Shown piece by piece: positions 21,420 to 32,700 of a DNA stretch of 64,000 nucleotides. The stretch's first letter is position 1; every line of letters starts with the position of its first letter. The notes below the pieces were generated by a model. It saw nothing but the letters and a program-made list of their open reading frames with translations. It made no database searches and was not told the origin of the DNA. A program made the translations under genes and the position numbers. The DNA comes from Klebsormidium nitens (taxonomy: Eukaryota > Plantae > Klebsormidiophyceae): the NCBI GenBank assembly GCA_000708835.1, contig DF236966.1, forward strand, positions 124,001 to 188,000, written 5' to 3'.

Positions 21420-24400
21420 TGCCAAAAGGAGCCGCACAGCGCCTAAGTACGTCCTTATAACGCTCTCCTGAACTATTCGGCGAGCTTTTGACAACCCTGT
21501 CGAGTCCTACTTCGACTCTTAAGCGACGTCCAGCATCACTTTCTGCCTTTCGATACTGTGCATGCTTTCTAAAGTAACATTTACTCACGACCATCCAACG
21601 TGTTTCTTGCACAACCTTTCTGTTGTACTACTGAGACTTAGGATCAAAGTACCGTTTCATTTTATGGCCGGTTTCGAACTTTCTACTCTTCTTTCAGAAG
21701 ATCCAAAGCAGTTTCTGACTTCTGCCCCGACTCGAGCTCACCAGCACGCTTCTTTAGCTGCATAGACACCAGAAGAAGCTCAATGAACTCTCTCGGCCGC
21801 GCGATTGTCTGCAAACGTGCATCCATCCAGATTGAGTGAAGGAAATACATAGCCGTAAAGCATGACAAGCGGCCTTCACCAGCAGGGCTTTTACTGAGCA
21901 GCTTTGGGGCTACATCCATTCTCGAGTGGACTCAGCTTCACTCTGCTGAATGACCTCGTTTTCAATCTTCCATCTGCTTCTGCTTTATTTTATGCAGGCG
22001 TTTTATTTTGTCGGCAGGAAATAGTTGCGAAGTTGACTAAAACCTGCGGAGCAACAGTGCTGTCAGAAGGCCCCTCGAGCTGCTGATTGGCTGCGGCGGT
22101 GTGGGCTTCCTTCATGCCTTGCTGGACCTGCGGCCAGACGAGAGCCTTTAGCGACCGGACAAGAGTCTCTAAATCTACAGGATCTGTAAGCAGATGCAGA
22201 AACGCAGCGCTCGACTGTCTCACCTTACTGAGCGGAGCACCGGTACTTTGTCTCTGTTTCTAAGCAAGGTAGCTGCAGCGACGAGCGACGAAAGACCTTT
22301 GGTATTGACTCTGCGGCTCTCCAGAAGCGGAAAGCTGTAGCCAGCGGTTTGCACAAGACCGGTGAGCTTTTGACGTACCTTCATGGCCAAGTCGTGGGTG
22401 AAGCTAAGTCCTTTGACAATCGAAAGCAGGAAGGCGTGCAAGCAGGTCCAAAACTCCTAGAATAGCAGCCCAAAAGTTAGCAATCTCTCCCTCTCATTCG
22501 AGAAAGGCACCGCGACAGGATTGCGTTTGGACCGATTGGTATGGTAGTCAGAGCATGACAAGGAGAGACCACAAGGCCTTCCGGTCTCGAGTCGGTAGAG
22601 TGCTATTACGGGGGGGTGACAAAAGGCTATTAAAGACGGGGGGGGCTGCAAAGAGCAGTGATATGACGACTTAGTGTATGCAGCAAAATGCGTTTGCAAC
22701 TAAGATGAGAGTGGGTGACTGACATTTGTCCTTCAACTAGGGTACCTTCGACTTACTTCTTCGGGATGCTTGTGCTGCAGTATTGCGAAGAACTGTGCTA
22801 CCTGGACAGAAGTAAGGGTACGAGGTCGATTCCCAGTGATGCGACGCACAGCAGAAAGCTGGTTGACGTACGCTGTCACTTCGCAAATATCGAACCAGCT
22901 AAAGTGCAACTGAAACGAAGGAATCCTCTTCAGAATTCATCTGCGCGAAAGGCCGTTGTCCTTTCAGACACGACTTCTAACGGCACGAAAGCGAAGTTCG
23001 TCTGCTGAGAAACCGACTCACGTCTTCTACCCCGCTTCCGAGAGCTTCGAGGCACCGGCAGACCTGACCGATGACGAGGTCTATCTCGGTGCTGTCGCCT
23101 AACGTCAAATCAGGTAGCAGGCGTGCGAGCTCATCAATCCCTGTTTCCTCCTCTTGCAGAACCTCTTGAGTGAACTGTGAAGCAGAAGATAGTCTGAGGG
23201 CCCATTAGGGTAACTCAGGATCTAGACTGTTCGCACAGAACGGTTAACATGCCGTTTCTTCCACAGGTAGCAAACATTGTGACTAAAGTATAGGAGAACC
23301 CGCCAAAGTCAGCTCCAGTTGAAATGGATTCAACTGCCTCACTGATGGCGTGTTTAGAGACTCCAAAATAGATAAAGACTCTGAGATTAGGGCCCCAAAT
23401 TGAATGATCAAACCGCTCACTTCTGTGGACGACGGAAGAGCGGCTTGACCAACGGCAACGTTCCCAGTAGTCTCTTCGCCTCTCAAGATGCACTCGCTCC
23501 TCTGAGCTAGAAGAATCTCCTTTTTCTCTTGGGCTTGCGCAAGCTGGGCCTTGAGAAGAACGTTCGAGTTTCTTAGCTCCTGGTTCTCTTCTTGCAAAGC
23601 ACTGATCCGCGTTTCGTACTGCAAGGTACAGCGATTTGAGAACGTTTCGTCATGTCCAACGAGGGGAAAAGGAACCAATCCTCCTCGGGACGATAGCTGC
23701 GCAGCTCTTAGACGGAGCTTATTGCGTGTCAGAAGCCTCAGGAGCTTCCGGATTGAGCCGGTCTTATTTGAACGTGGTTGGACTAGCGGGTTCGTTCTTG
23801 TGGAAGTTAGTCATTCGCTTTCGATTTGAGGACGCCTTTCTTTGCAAAGGGCATTCCTCTTTTGAATGCTCAATCCTTTTGTCTGAGTCGTAGAGAATTT
23901 GCAGGCTGGTGCCACGTCATTGCTCACCGCAAGTGCCAGGGCGTGCATCTGTCTCTCGACAACGCTGTCAACCTTTTGCTGGGCCCCAACTAGCGAATTG
24001 TCACGTGTTGAAATGCTTAGGCTGTGGCTGGGATGATCCTGGCCGCCGTTTTGGAGATGGGTAGGCTGATCCTCCGGTTCTAGGAGTAGTTTCTGAAACG
24101 AGCAACCTGAGAGGGAGAAACGCTCACAAATTAGAGAAAAGACGCCCCACTTTACATTGTCGGTCCAAATTTGCTGCTTCTAAAACCGAGCAGAATCGAA
24201 GTCTGCTTTGCTACCTTTGAGGAATGTTCAGACTGCCCTCGACAAGAGTTCCATCTATCTTTCAATTCTCAAGTCCTATTCTCAACCGCGCGCCGCCTGA
24301 TTCAATATGAGCTTGAGAAAGGTAGAGACTTACTGTCGAGGTCCCAGTGCTTCCAACCTTTGTCGCTCAACTTCCAGCTCCTCAGCATATCTGCAATCTC

Positions 24401-27400
24401 GTTGCCCCAGAGAGGCCTCACGTCGGGTGGATCTAGGAAGTCTTCCTCCATGTCTGAACATGACTCGTTGCCAGCTTCAGTTTTTTCTTTGGCCGGGGAC
24501 GTGGTTTGCTTAAAGACGGATGTGCTCTGTAGATGATTAAAAGAATGTCTTCGATGATCTTCGCGTGGGCAGAACATTCAGCGAGTTTCTTCTGCCCGGT
24601 ATCCGAAAATCGTTTCGTTGTACCGACGACTGACAAATTAGAATTGAAGAGGTTTCTGAGGAATACAAACAGTAATTTGGTTGAGCACCAGAACCCAATT
24701 CACCGTTACGGATTTGCCTACGCATGGAATACAAGTCATGACCAATTAATATCTCACAAGAATCCCAGAGATTTTACTGGAAGAGCAAATCCTTCTTACC
24801 TCCAGCGCTGTCACCGTTGCCAGCTTCATAAGCCGGTCTTCTGACAAATCTTCTTGTCCGTTGAGCTCTCCATCAGAGTCTCCATCTTCATATCTGTCCA
24901 AGTCGAAACCTCGCCGGGTAACCCCGGGAAGCAGAGACTTCACTAGCATGACGGAGCTGTCAGGATCCGGTACTATAATTCGATCTGCAGTTACCAAGTG
25001 CCAGAAAGAGTGTCTGTATTTGCCGCTTCCTGCTCTCAAGTGACTTGGAAGCAACAGGACCAGACAAAAAGGTCTTCGAATCTGGAAACCTCTTGTTGGG
25101 GCTGCTCGAAACAGGTCCCTGACTCGCAAGCAGCTTTTAGAACTTGCCGAACCAATCCTGTTTTGTTAAGCTTACCTTCTATAGCTTTCACTCGATCCTT
25201 TCTGAGTTTCCGCATCGCAAAGTTCTTCTTCCACATGCCGACCAGCTTCTTGACAGAGGGGATGATGAGCTCCTTCACCTGAAGCTTCCGAAAAGCAAGT
25301 AGGTCATAAAAATGTCGAACGGACCGCATGACCGGATCTTAAGTGAGGCAAACTCAAAATTGAGTCTTTGCGGGGCCAATCCAATCATCAGTCTTCCGGG
25401 CTCTGCCATGCTCTGCTTGGCTGAACTTACATTATCTCCAGCTGAGGACCGCCGTTTTTCTTGAGCCTTTTACCTAGAATTAAGCACGATTGCCTGTGTA
25501 GAAAGTCCTGATTTTATATGTGTTCCTGCCATCGGCGTCTGCAAAGCTTGAAGCCTCCTTTTTCGTGTGCAACTGATCTCACCTTCATCTCCCGCAGGAG
25601 GTTCTCGATCACCTTAAGAAGCCTTCGACAGTTCCCATCCCTTCGATAATCTGCAGGGTTTACAAGTTGGAGATGCCGATTGAACTCCAAGGGAAAAATG
25701 TAAGGAGCTGGCGACAAAAGCAGAGTTGCAACATTATTGTAATTTACTAAGTACTTCAGAAAAAGCCGACAACTTCAGCAAAGAAATTGACACATATCTT
25801 TTTTTTTTTAAAAGATGCAGTCAACATGTTCAAAAACAATGACCCTTCAGTGAGAACCCTGAACGCTCACCTGACTTCGTGGCGATAAACGGCAGTTCTG
25901 CGTAGTTCTGACCAAATACTCTGAAGAAGGTCGAGATCGGATCGTAAGGGAAAGAAAAGATTGGGGCGGAACGGAATTGGGCTGGGCGAATCAAGGAGCC
26001 AACTAAGTATGGATCTGACAGTCAAACGCTCAATCTGTTCCAACTAAGTATGCCTTCGACAATCAATCGCTCAATCTGTTCCAGGCCTACAAGACCAAAG
26101 ACCTGCAACGAGTCGGTCAGGCGCCTTACCTGAGCGTTGCAGCAGTGACTGCAATTCCCGCCTTTCTAAGCAGTATGGTTCGAAAATTTCCTGTGCGAAA
26201 GGGAAGAGACCAAAGGCCACGTCAGATTGGCCTAGGGACAGGTCATCATGCATACGTCCTGAAATATTTTATAAGACCTTGCAAGTGACTCAATACGAGA
26301 TCTTTTGTTAGTTGTTGGTCTTGTAAAGAAATGTACTTTGAAATGTACATCACTCACCAAAGTCGTAAGCGTCGTCCCTGCAATTCAGAGGCCAGCACAC
26401 AATTAGAGTGGAAATTAAGCTTTCCGATGTCAGGTAGGGGCTAAAAGATTTTAAGATATACTTATCAGGATGTGGGCTGCGATAACCACAATAAAAGATA
26501 AAGGGCCAGCAGCAATACTGAACTTCAATCGGAACGCCAGTCCGCGAGGCTAATGATACTTACGTCTTGTGAGCTCGATCATGGCACCTCCAGAATCAAG
26601 TGTTAATGCAATCGTTGATAACTGCCGATAGGGCTGTAGGACATCAAACATGAAGTGAAGGACAGCTTACCCATCCGTGCGAGCAGATTTCAGCACATTC
26701 TCCAACATGTCTGTACCGTCGTCCTGCAACGGAATCAGATACCGTCAGTAATACTTGGTTCGGGAAGGGAGCAGTATCAGCAGCATGGCTTTATGCAATT
26801 TTACGAAAGACCTTCTTGGAGAGTGCAGATTTAGTCATGCTCCGACCTGGGTGTAGTCTTACTCACCATGATCAGAGGGTCGAAAGTTGACTTGAATATC
26901 TGCAGATATAAGAACAATGCGTCTGTCTGCAATTACGAGAATAATGTCTCGGGACTAGTGAGTCACCGAGCCACGAGATTGTGACTGAGCTTCCGCTCAA
27001 CAGCTGCAGGGCGTGCGTCCCTCTTACGCGCTCTGTTTCATTTGGAAACCCCTTGATTACCGAAACGTTTCAGATTTCCATCCTATGCATGGACCCGTGC
27101 ATGCATTCTCAATCTTCCAGCTTCATCCATACATGCCTGAATCTAAGCGTAGTGAGTCTCACCTTCAAAGCTGCTGCAATTGCTGCTTGGGCGCCCCTGC
27201 TTTTCTCGTCGTGCTTAACGACTTCAAAGGTGTACAATGAATCTTCTTCGAAGCGTCTCTTCCCGGTATTGGTCAGGCGCGTAAGTGATGACATCACCTG
27301 AGCAGTAACTTACTCGAATTTATATTGTGGTCAAGAGGTCAGCGCTAGTGCAGAAGCCGAGAAAAGTAATCCGATCAGAGTTCCTTCTCAATAGAACCAA

Positions 27401-28069
27401 TATTTCGCAGGTTCCCTTGGCCACTTATCTCAACTCGGTGCACATTTCTCCTCACTTACGATGTTTCAGAATAATGCTTAGCAAAGGTGTCGTAATGGAG
27501 GCCTCCGATTCCTCTGCTTTCAAGCTGGGATATTAGAAGGAGACCATGATCACCGGGCTTACCTCTGAACAATCTGCGGAGCAGTACCAGTCTTCGTCAC
27601 TATCGAGAATGCTTTCATCGATTGGAAGGCCGTAGATCTCTTCGAGGCAGCTGCAGCAGAAAAGCTTCAGCAGATAGATGAGAAACGGCAGTAGTATCGT
27701 GACAAGTATTTGAGCGAAACTGTCTCATTTTCTTAGGCGGGCTTATGTGGGGTGCGTCAGCTCCCACGCGCGCATCGCGATTCTCCGGCAGAGATCTTCT
27801 TTTCTGAGGAAAGTGGCGCCTTCCCTAGAGAAACGCAGTTGCAAATTCAAAATATATGCTTATGGAGGCCGGGTGGCTATTGGCATTCGTCAGCAACATG
27901 CTGTGCTTTTGCAATAAAAGATTGAAAAGGAACCCTTGACGTTGGTTTCTCACCTGACATGATAGTCATCCTGGCAGCAGGCGCAAACCAGGCAAAGTCT
28001 TGGTCCAAACTCAACGGTAAAGTCCGTCAACCCACAGTGTGGACAAGCTGGTATACAATCTTCGGCCAT
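21420..28069 (-). CDS. PHD finger + GNAT acetyltransferase (IDM1-family-like module) with long C-terminal extension; 3' end unresolved
   Basis: In-frame exons: 28069-27954, 27650-27563 (CPHC...CACCQDDYHV|SCL...WYCSADC), 27297-27163, 26899-26867 (IFKSTFDPLI), 26723-26671, ~26357-26377, 26190-26130 (NFRTILLRKAGIAVTAATLR), 25920-25871 (VFGQNYAELPFIATK), 25650-25583 (YRRDGNCRRLLKVIENLL), 25278-25176 (VKELIIPSVKKLVGMWKKNF), 24984-24800, 24526-24334, 24106-23928, 23618-23421 (coiled coil). Further probable exons continue to at least ~21.4 kb. Confidence 0.8.
25999..26083. repeat. Two tandem 41-bp intronic copies
   Basis: ccaactaagtat......gaca.tcaa.cgctcaatctgttcca starts at 25999 and at 26040. 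Confidence 0.85.
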
Positions 28070-28659
28070 CGATTCCTGCACAAGCGAATGATAAGTATGT
28101 CAAATCCTGAAAACGATTTGAACAAGGTGAATCGTTCTGTAATGCTTCGTACCTAAGCTGCGAAGGCGCTGATCAATCTCAAGAAGCCCCCAATAGGCGC
28201 AACTGGTTGCAACGTGTAATTTCTGAGAAGTTTGTATCTGATCGAATAATGTCCCTTTGACACTTGCCAGAGAGCACCCTCGTGACCCTTGCACTGGCAA
28301 AGATTGTCGCAGTCTCCTTTGATGCCTCCCTCTGTACGATTCGAAGGACAAGAAACAGATTCCTTACCCGGATCGTTTGAGGTCCAATCTGATTGCTGGC
28401 GCCGAAGTAGCATCAATTGCTAATTTGACCTGTTCTTTTGTGGCGCCGACTCTAACAAAACAACAGAACTCAAAGCTTGCGCTGCTGAACTTTGCCCTTC
28501 AAGAATGCTAGTGCTCTGCTGCCCCGCAGAGATTTGAGCATGAAAATCGCAATTCCTGAAATCGGCCGAGCTCAGGTGCCTGATCAGGCCGGCCTTGATC
28601 ATCATGCAGAGAAAAGGTTCAAATCGTGCGCCCAGGTTGAATGCCATTGCCGGACCTCT

Positions 28660-29081
28660 GTACGGTTTATCTTCTGAACATATCTAAGATATAATCAGTT
28701 CTTAATATTTAGATCTTGCGTCATGTTATGAATGTACCAGTTTCTTTCTTTTTTTCCGACGATGCACCGACGTACATGCACCGATAGCTGCCGCGCGCGG
28801 CCGTGCCGGCGGCCGCCGCCGGCCAGTACCGTACGGGTTTGGAATGAAAGGTTTATACAGCGAACCACTTATAGAAGTAAGACGGTACCAACCGGGTACA
28901 TGCCCGCGTGCGGTTTATAGGTAGATCTGGGCCGTACAAAGCTTCCGGGTATTTCAATCGTGGCCGTGAACCTGGTTTCAAGCGTCGGCGAGCGTTCGGA
29001 GAAAAGATGAACAGTCTCCACACCTACGGTACCCATAAATCGGAAGCATTCACTTGCAGGCAGACAGGCTTAAGGAAGTAC
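28660..29081. promoter_or_regulatory. GTAC-core cluster and GC-rich palindromes in the divergent promoter between the PHD-GNAT and kinesin genes
   Basis: Ten GTAC cores in ~420 bp (28660, 28734, 28772, 28826, 28831, 28885, 28896, 28934, 29029, 29078), including CCGTACAA at 28932. Palindrome ccgcgcgcgg at 28791. Regulatory function is inference. Confidence 0.35.
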
Positions 29082-29743
29082 AGTATCTTACCTATCATCA
29101 GCTGATGTCAGGTCATTGCCGCAGCAAAACAGGTAATTCCATGAGTTTTCTAGTTGTTGGTGCCAGCAGCAGCACACTTTTCATAGCCATGGAAAGTGAG
29201 AAGAGTTGACACTTGGGAATATCGTCCGGCCGGGTTGTAGCTGTATTATCGTATCCTACTTGATCAACATATACACCTGGTAAAGTCTGGGGGAGGATTA
29301 TATGCAGTAGGAGGGCGGCGGCCGGCTATGCTGCTGAAAGTTCTAGCTCATCCGACGGGTGGCATGCGGCAGAAGCCTGGGAAATGGAAAACTTACAAAG
29401 CATATACCTTGATGAGCTTGTTCGCCGCTGAGAGGAATGAGAGTGCTGTAGTCGGAGACATAATGCTAAACCATCCCCTGAACGTCAACAAAGGTCAGTG
29501 CTCAGTGTGTCAAGCACCCTTAGGGCATTACACAGATCTCCTCACAGGCCAATATGAATAGGGCCTCGTTGCCTGGTGTTATGCTGCAAGCAGCTGATGG
29601 TCAGCAATGAACGAAGCAGAACTAAGTGGAAGCTTGCAGTAGCGGCCATGCAGTGGCCGCTGCGGCAAGATGATTGAGGAGAACCTATCTGATGACCCCT
29701 AGATTAGTGCAGTCGTCTGCGGAGTTTGTGCTAGTGTGTCACT

Positions 29744-32700
29744 ATGGCAGACCGCACTGGCGCGTTTGGCAGAGGGCCACGGAGAAGCAATGTGCCAGAT
29801 TCGTATGCCCTAGGATTCCGTCCATCTAAAGGGGGCTTATCCTCCCAGCATGGCAAATTTGCTCCCGACCTGTCAGATCCACAATCATCTGATACGGCCA
29901 TGCGGAGGATACTGGCAGGCAACAAGGATCTGCATTATCCTGGGAGACAAGAACACAGTACTGCCAGTGTCATTGGTGAGTTCAAAACCATCAGCCCGAC
30001 TCGGTGTCACCTTTGTGCAGATGTGCTTGAGTTGACCGCTCAGACAAGCTGGCCTCATCAAAATCTCTGCTAATATTTAAGGTTGAGTAGCCAATCTGGA
30101 GTTCAAGGTCTTTCTTACGAAGAAGCAGCACAGGCTATGAAGATGGTTCAAGATAGACACTGGTTTGATGGTGTCTCAACACGAGCTCAATTAAAGCTTG
30201 CTGCTTCAATCTGGCTTAACTGTGCTCAAAAGGGAACGGTCACGTCAATATAAACGACCCTATGTGTTAATGGGTTCTGTGATTGGCTTGCTTGCAGGAA
30301 AAGAGGCGTCTGACGCAGAACTGAGCAAGTCAAGCGATTCTGAACTTGATGGAGAGGCAGAGGCGGGGTTGAGGTCTGATTACAGCAGTAGTAGTGAAGG
30401 CGTTGTACAGCGTAACTCTGCCGGGTCTGAAACAAGAAGGCTGGTTCCAAGCGACTCGGTAGTCAGTGACATCAGCACATTCGACATGGATAGTAATGAC
30501 AACTTTAAGGTGGTCATCAGGGTCAGACCTCCGGTCGAGAGGGAGCTGGAGGGGGAAAAGCAGTTCCAAAACATTGTTGCTGTAAATACAGAAGCAAACA
30601 TCCTTACAGTGTCGGAGAACATAGCAGCAATGTCGGCAGCAGAGCGGGCAGGAAATCCAGGTGAGGCATACTGAGAGTTGGCCTCTTCAGTTGGAAGTCT
30701 AAATGAAACCTCACAGTTTCTGAAGTCTCTGCTAGCAAGAAGACAGGAGAATAGCTGGCCTATCTTCACGTTGGCAGACGTTGCATATGATAAGCACTCA
30801 AGAGCAAGGACAAAGTGATTTTACGGGCAGGAATACATTTCTTATCCATTCCCACTTGCAGGTGACGCTGTGATTCATCCAACGCATTCTTTTGCATTCG
30901 ATCACGTCTACGACCAGAACACTCCACAAAAGCACATATACGACAACTCAGCAAAAGCTGCAGTGCTGTCAACATTGAAAGGCTACAACGCAACTATCAT
31001 AGCTTACGGACAAACGGGGACAGGAAAGACGTACACTATGGAAGGCAACTCCACACCAGAGGGGCGAGGAATCATTCCACGGTCGATCGAGGATATCTTC
31101 TATTTCATCGAGAACGACACCACTGCTAGGTCGAAGTATCTTGTCCGAGCGTCATACCTCCAGATCTACAACGAGGTTAGCATCGTTTCCGCTTCCTTCC
31201 TTGCACTTCCCCTTACACTTCAATGTCTGCTTTGCGAAATAGTGGAGGAGACAATAGCCATACCGTCCAAAGATTCCAATAGTCTACAGATCTGCGGTTC
31301 AAAGGATGAGCCCAAACTCGAATTTGTGGCAAGTTGAGCACTGTCTCGAAGAAACATGCTGCCAAGGGAAGTGAACCAAGGATAGCCGTTGCTGATTTGC
31401 AGGTCATCAGCGACTTGCTGAAGCCGGAGCGCACAAACTTGACCATCCGTGAGGACAAGAAGAAGGGGGTGTTCGTCGAAGGGCTCTCCGAGTGGGTCGT
31501 TCGGTCGCCCGCTGAGATCTACGGGCTGATGGAACGTGGAGCTGCGCAGGTGCGGGTTCAAGCGTCCACTCAGCGCTCATCTCATCTTAAGCTGCACAAG
31601 TCTGTCGAGATCACAGCGCTTGCTTTTCGACACATCAGTCAAATCCATTGGAAGATAGGTACTCGAGCGCTGCCGGGAGGAGACTAGGCCGTTAACACCT
31701 CTTCCTTTCTGATTGGTCTCCTTCGATTATTTGCAGCGTGCTGTCGGCTCCACGAACATGAACGAGTTGAGCAGTCGCAGTCACGCCGTCTTCATCATCA
31801 TCGCTGAGAACTCCGTCATCAAAGACGTGGATCAAGGGGCCGAGAAGGTTGCGGACCAAGAGATGGCAAAAACCAGACAGAGTTTCAAGGTGAGACTTTC
31901 GACCAACGATCTGAGAGATTGGTCGAGCGCGGATCTGCGTGCTGCTGTCATGCCAAAGATCAGTACAGAAGTCGCTGATCTTCAGCGCTTGTGCAAAGGA
32001 CTTCAAGCAGGCGCTTCGAACTATCCCTTCTGAGTACCTCAAGAAGCATTCGGTTCTGCAATCTACAGAGTTCCGCATTTAAATGGTCTTTAGACGAAGA
32101 AATATTCCTCCCCTTCTACCCTCCTTGGTTCGGGCACTAGTCATAGAAACGATTACCGGTGAATGATACAGGTCGGAAAGCTGAACCTGGTCGATCTGGC
32201 CGGCTCCGAGCGCGTCCGCGTGACGGGCGCCACCGGCAAGCGGCTGGAGGAGAGCAAGAAGATCAACCAGTCGCTCTCGTGCCTGGGCAACGTCATCTCC
32301 GCGCTGACGGAATCCAAGGGGCAACGTCAGCACATCCCGTACCGGGACTCGAAGCTGACGCGCATCCTGGAGGACAGCCTGGGCGGCAACTGCAAGACGA
32401 CCATGATGGCCATGATCTCGCCCGCGCTCGAGTCGCTGAGGTAGGTCGTGTCCACAGTCTGCGTCTCCAGAGGTGCTTTTCGATCTCACGAGAGTGGAAT
32501 CCCTCATGAGGTCGAGATTGAGATGAGATCTCAGTACCGACTGACGCTAGATTGCAGGAACCTGCACGTAAAAGGGTGTGCCTGTGTGTGGTGGGTTGGC
32601 AGACAAATGCCTTCCAAAGGTCTCAAGAACTGTTTTGTGATGTCTCCTGCTTATTACTTGGAGGCACCCGCCGTGCGTCAGAGTTGAGCACGGAGCAATG

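Noticed and set aside
28150-28647. Exon-like segments with 36-nt intron-like gap upstream of the PHD ATG
   Set aside because: Phases do not join to the PHD exon without stops; probably 5' UTR exons.
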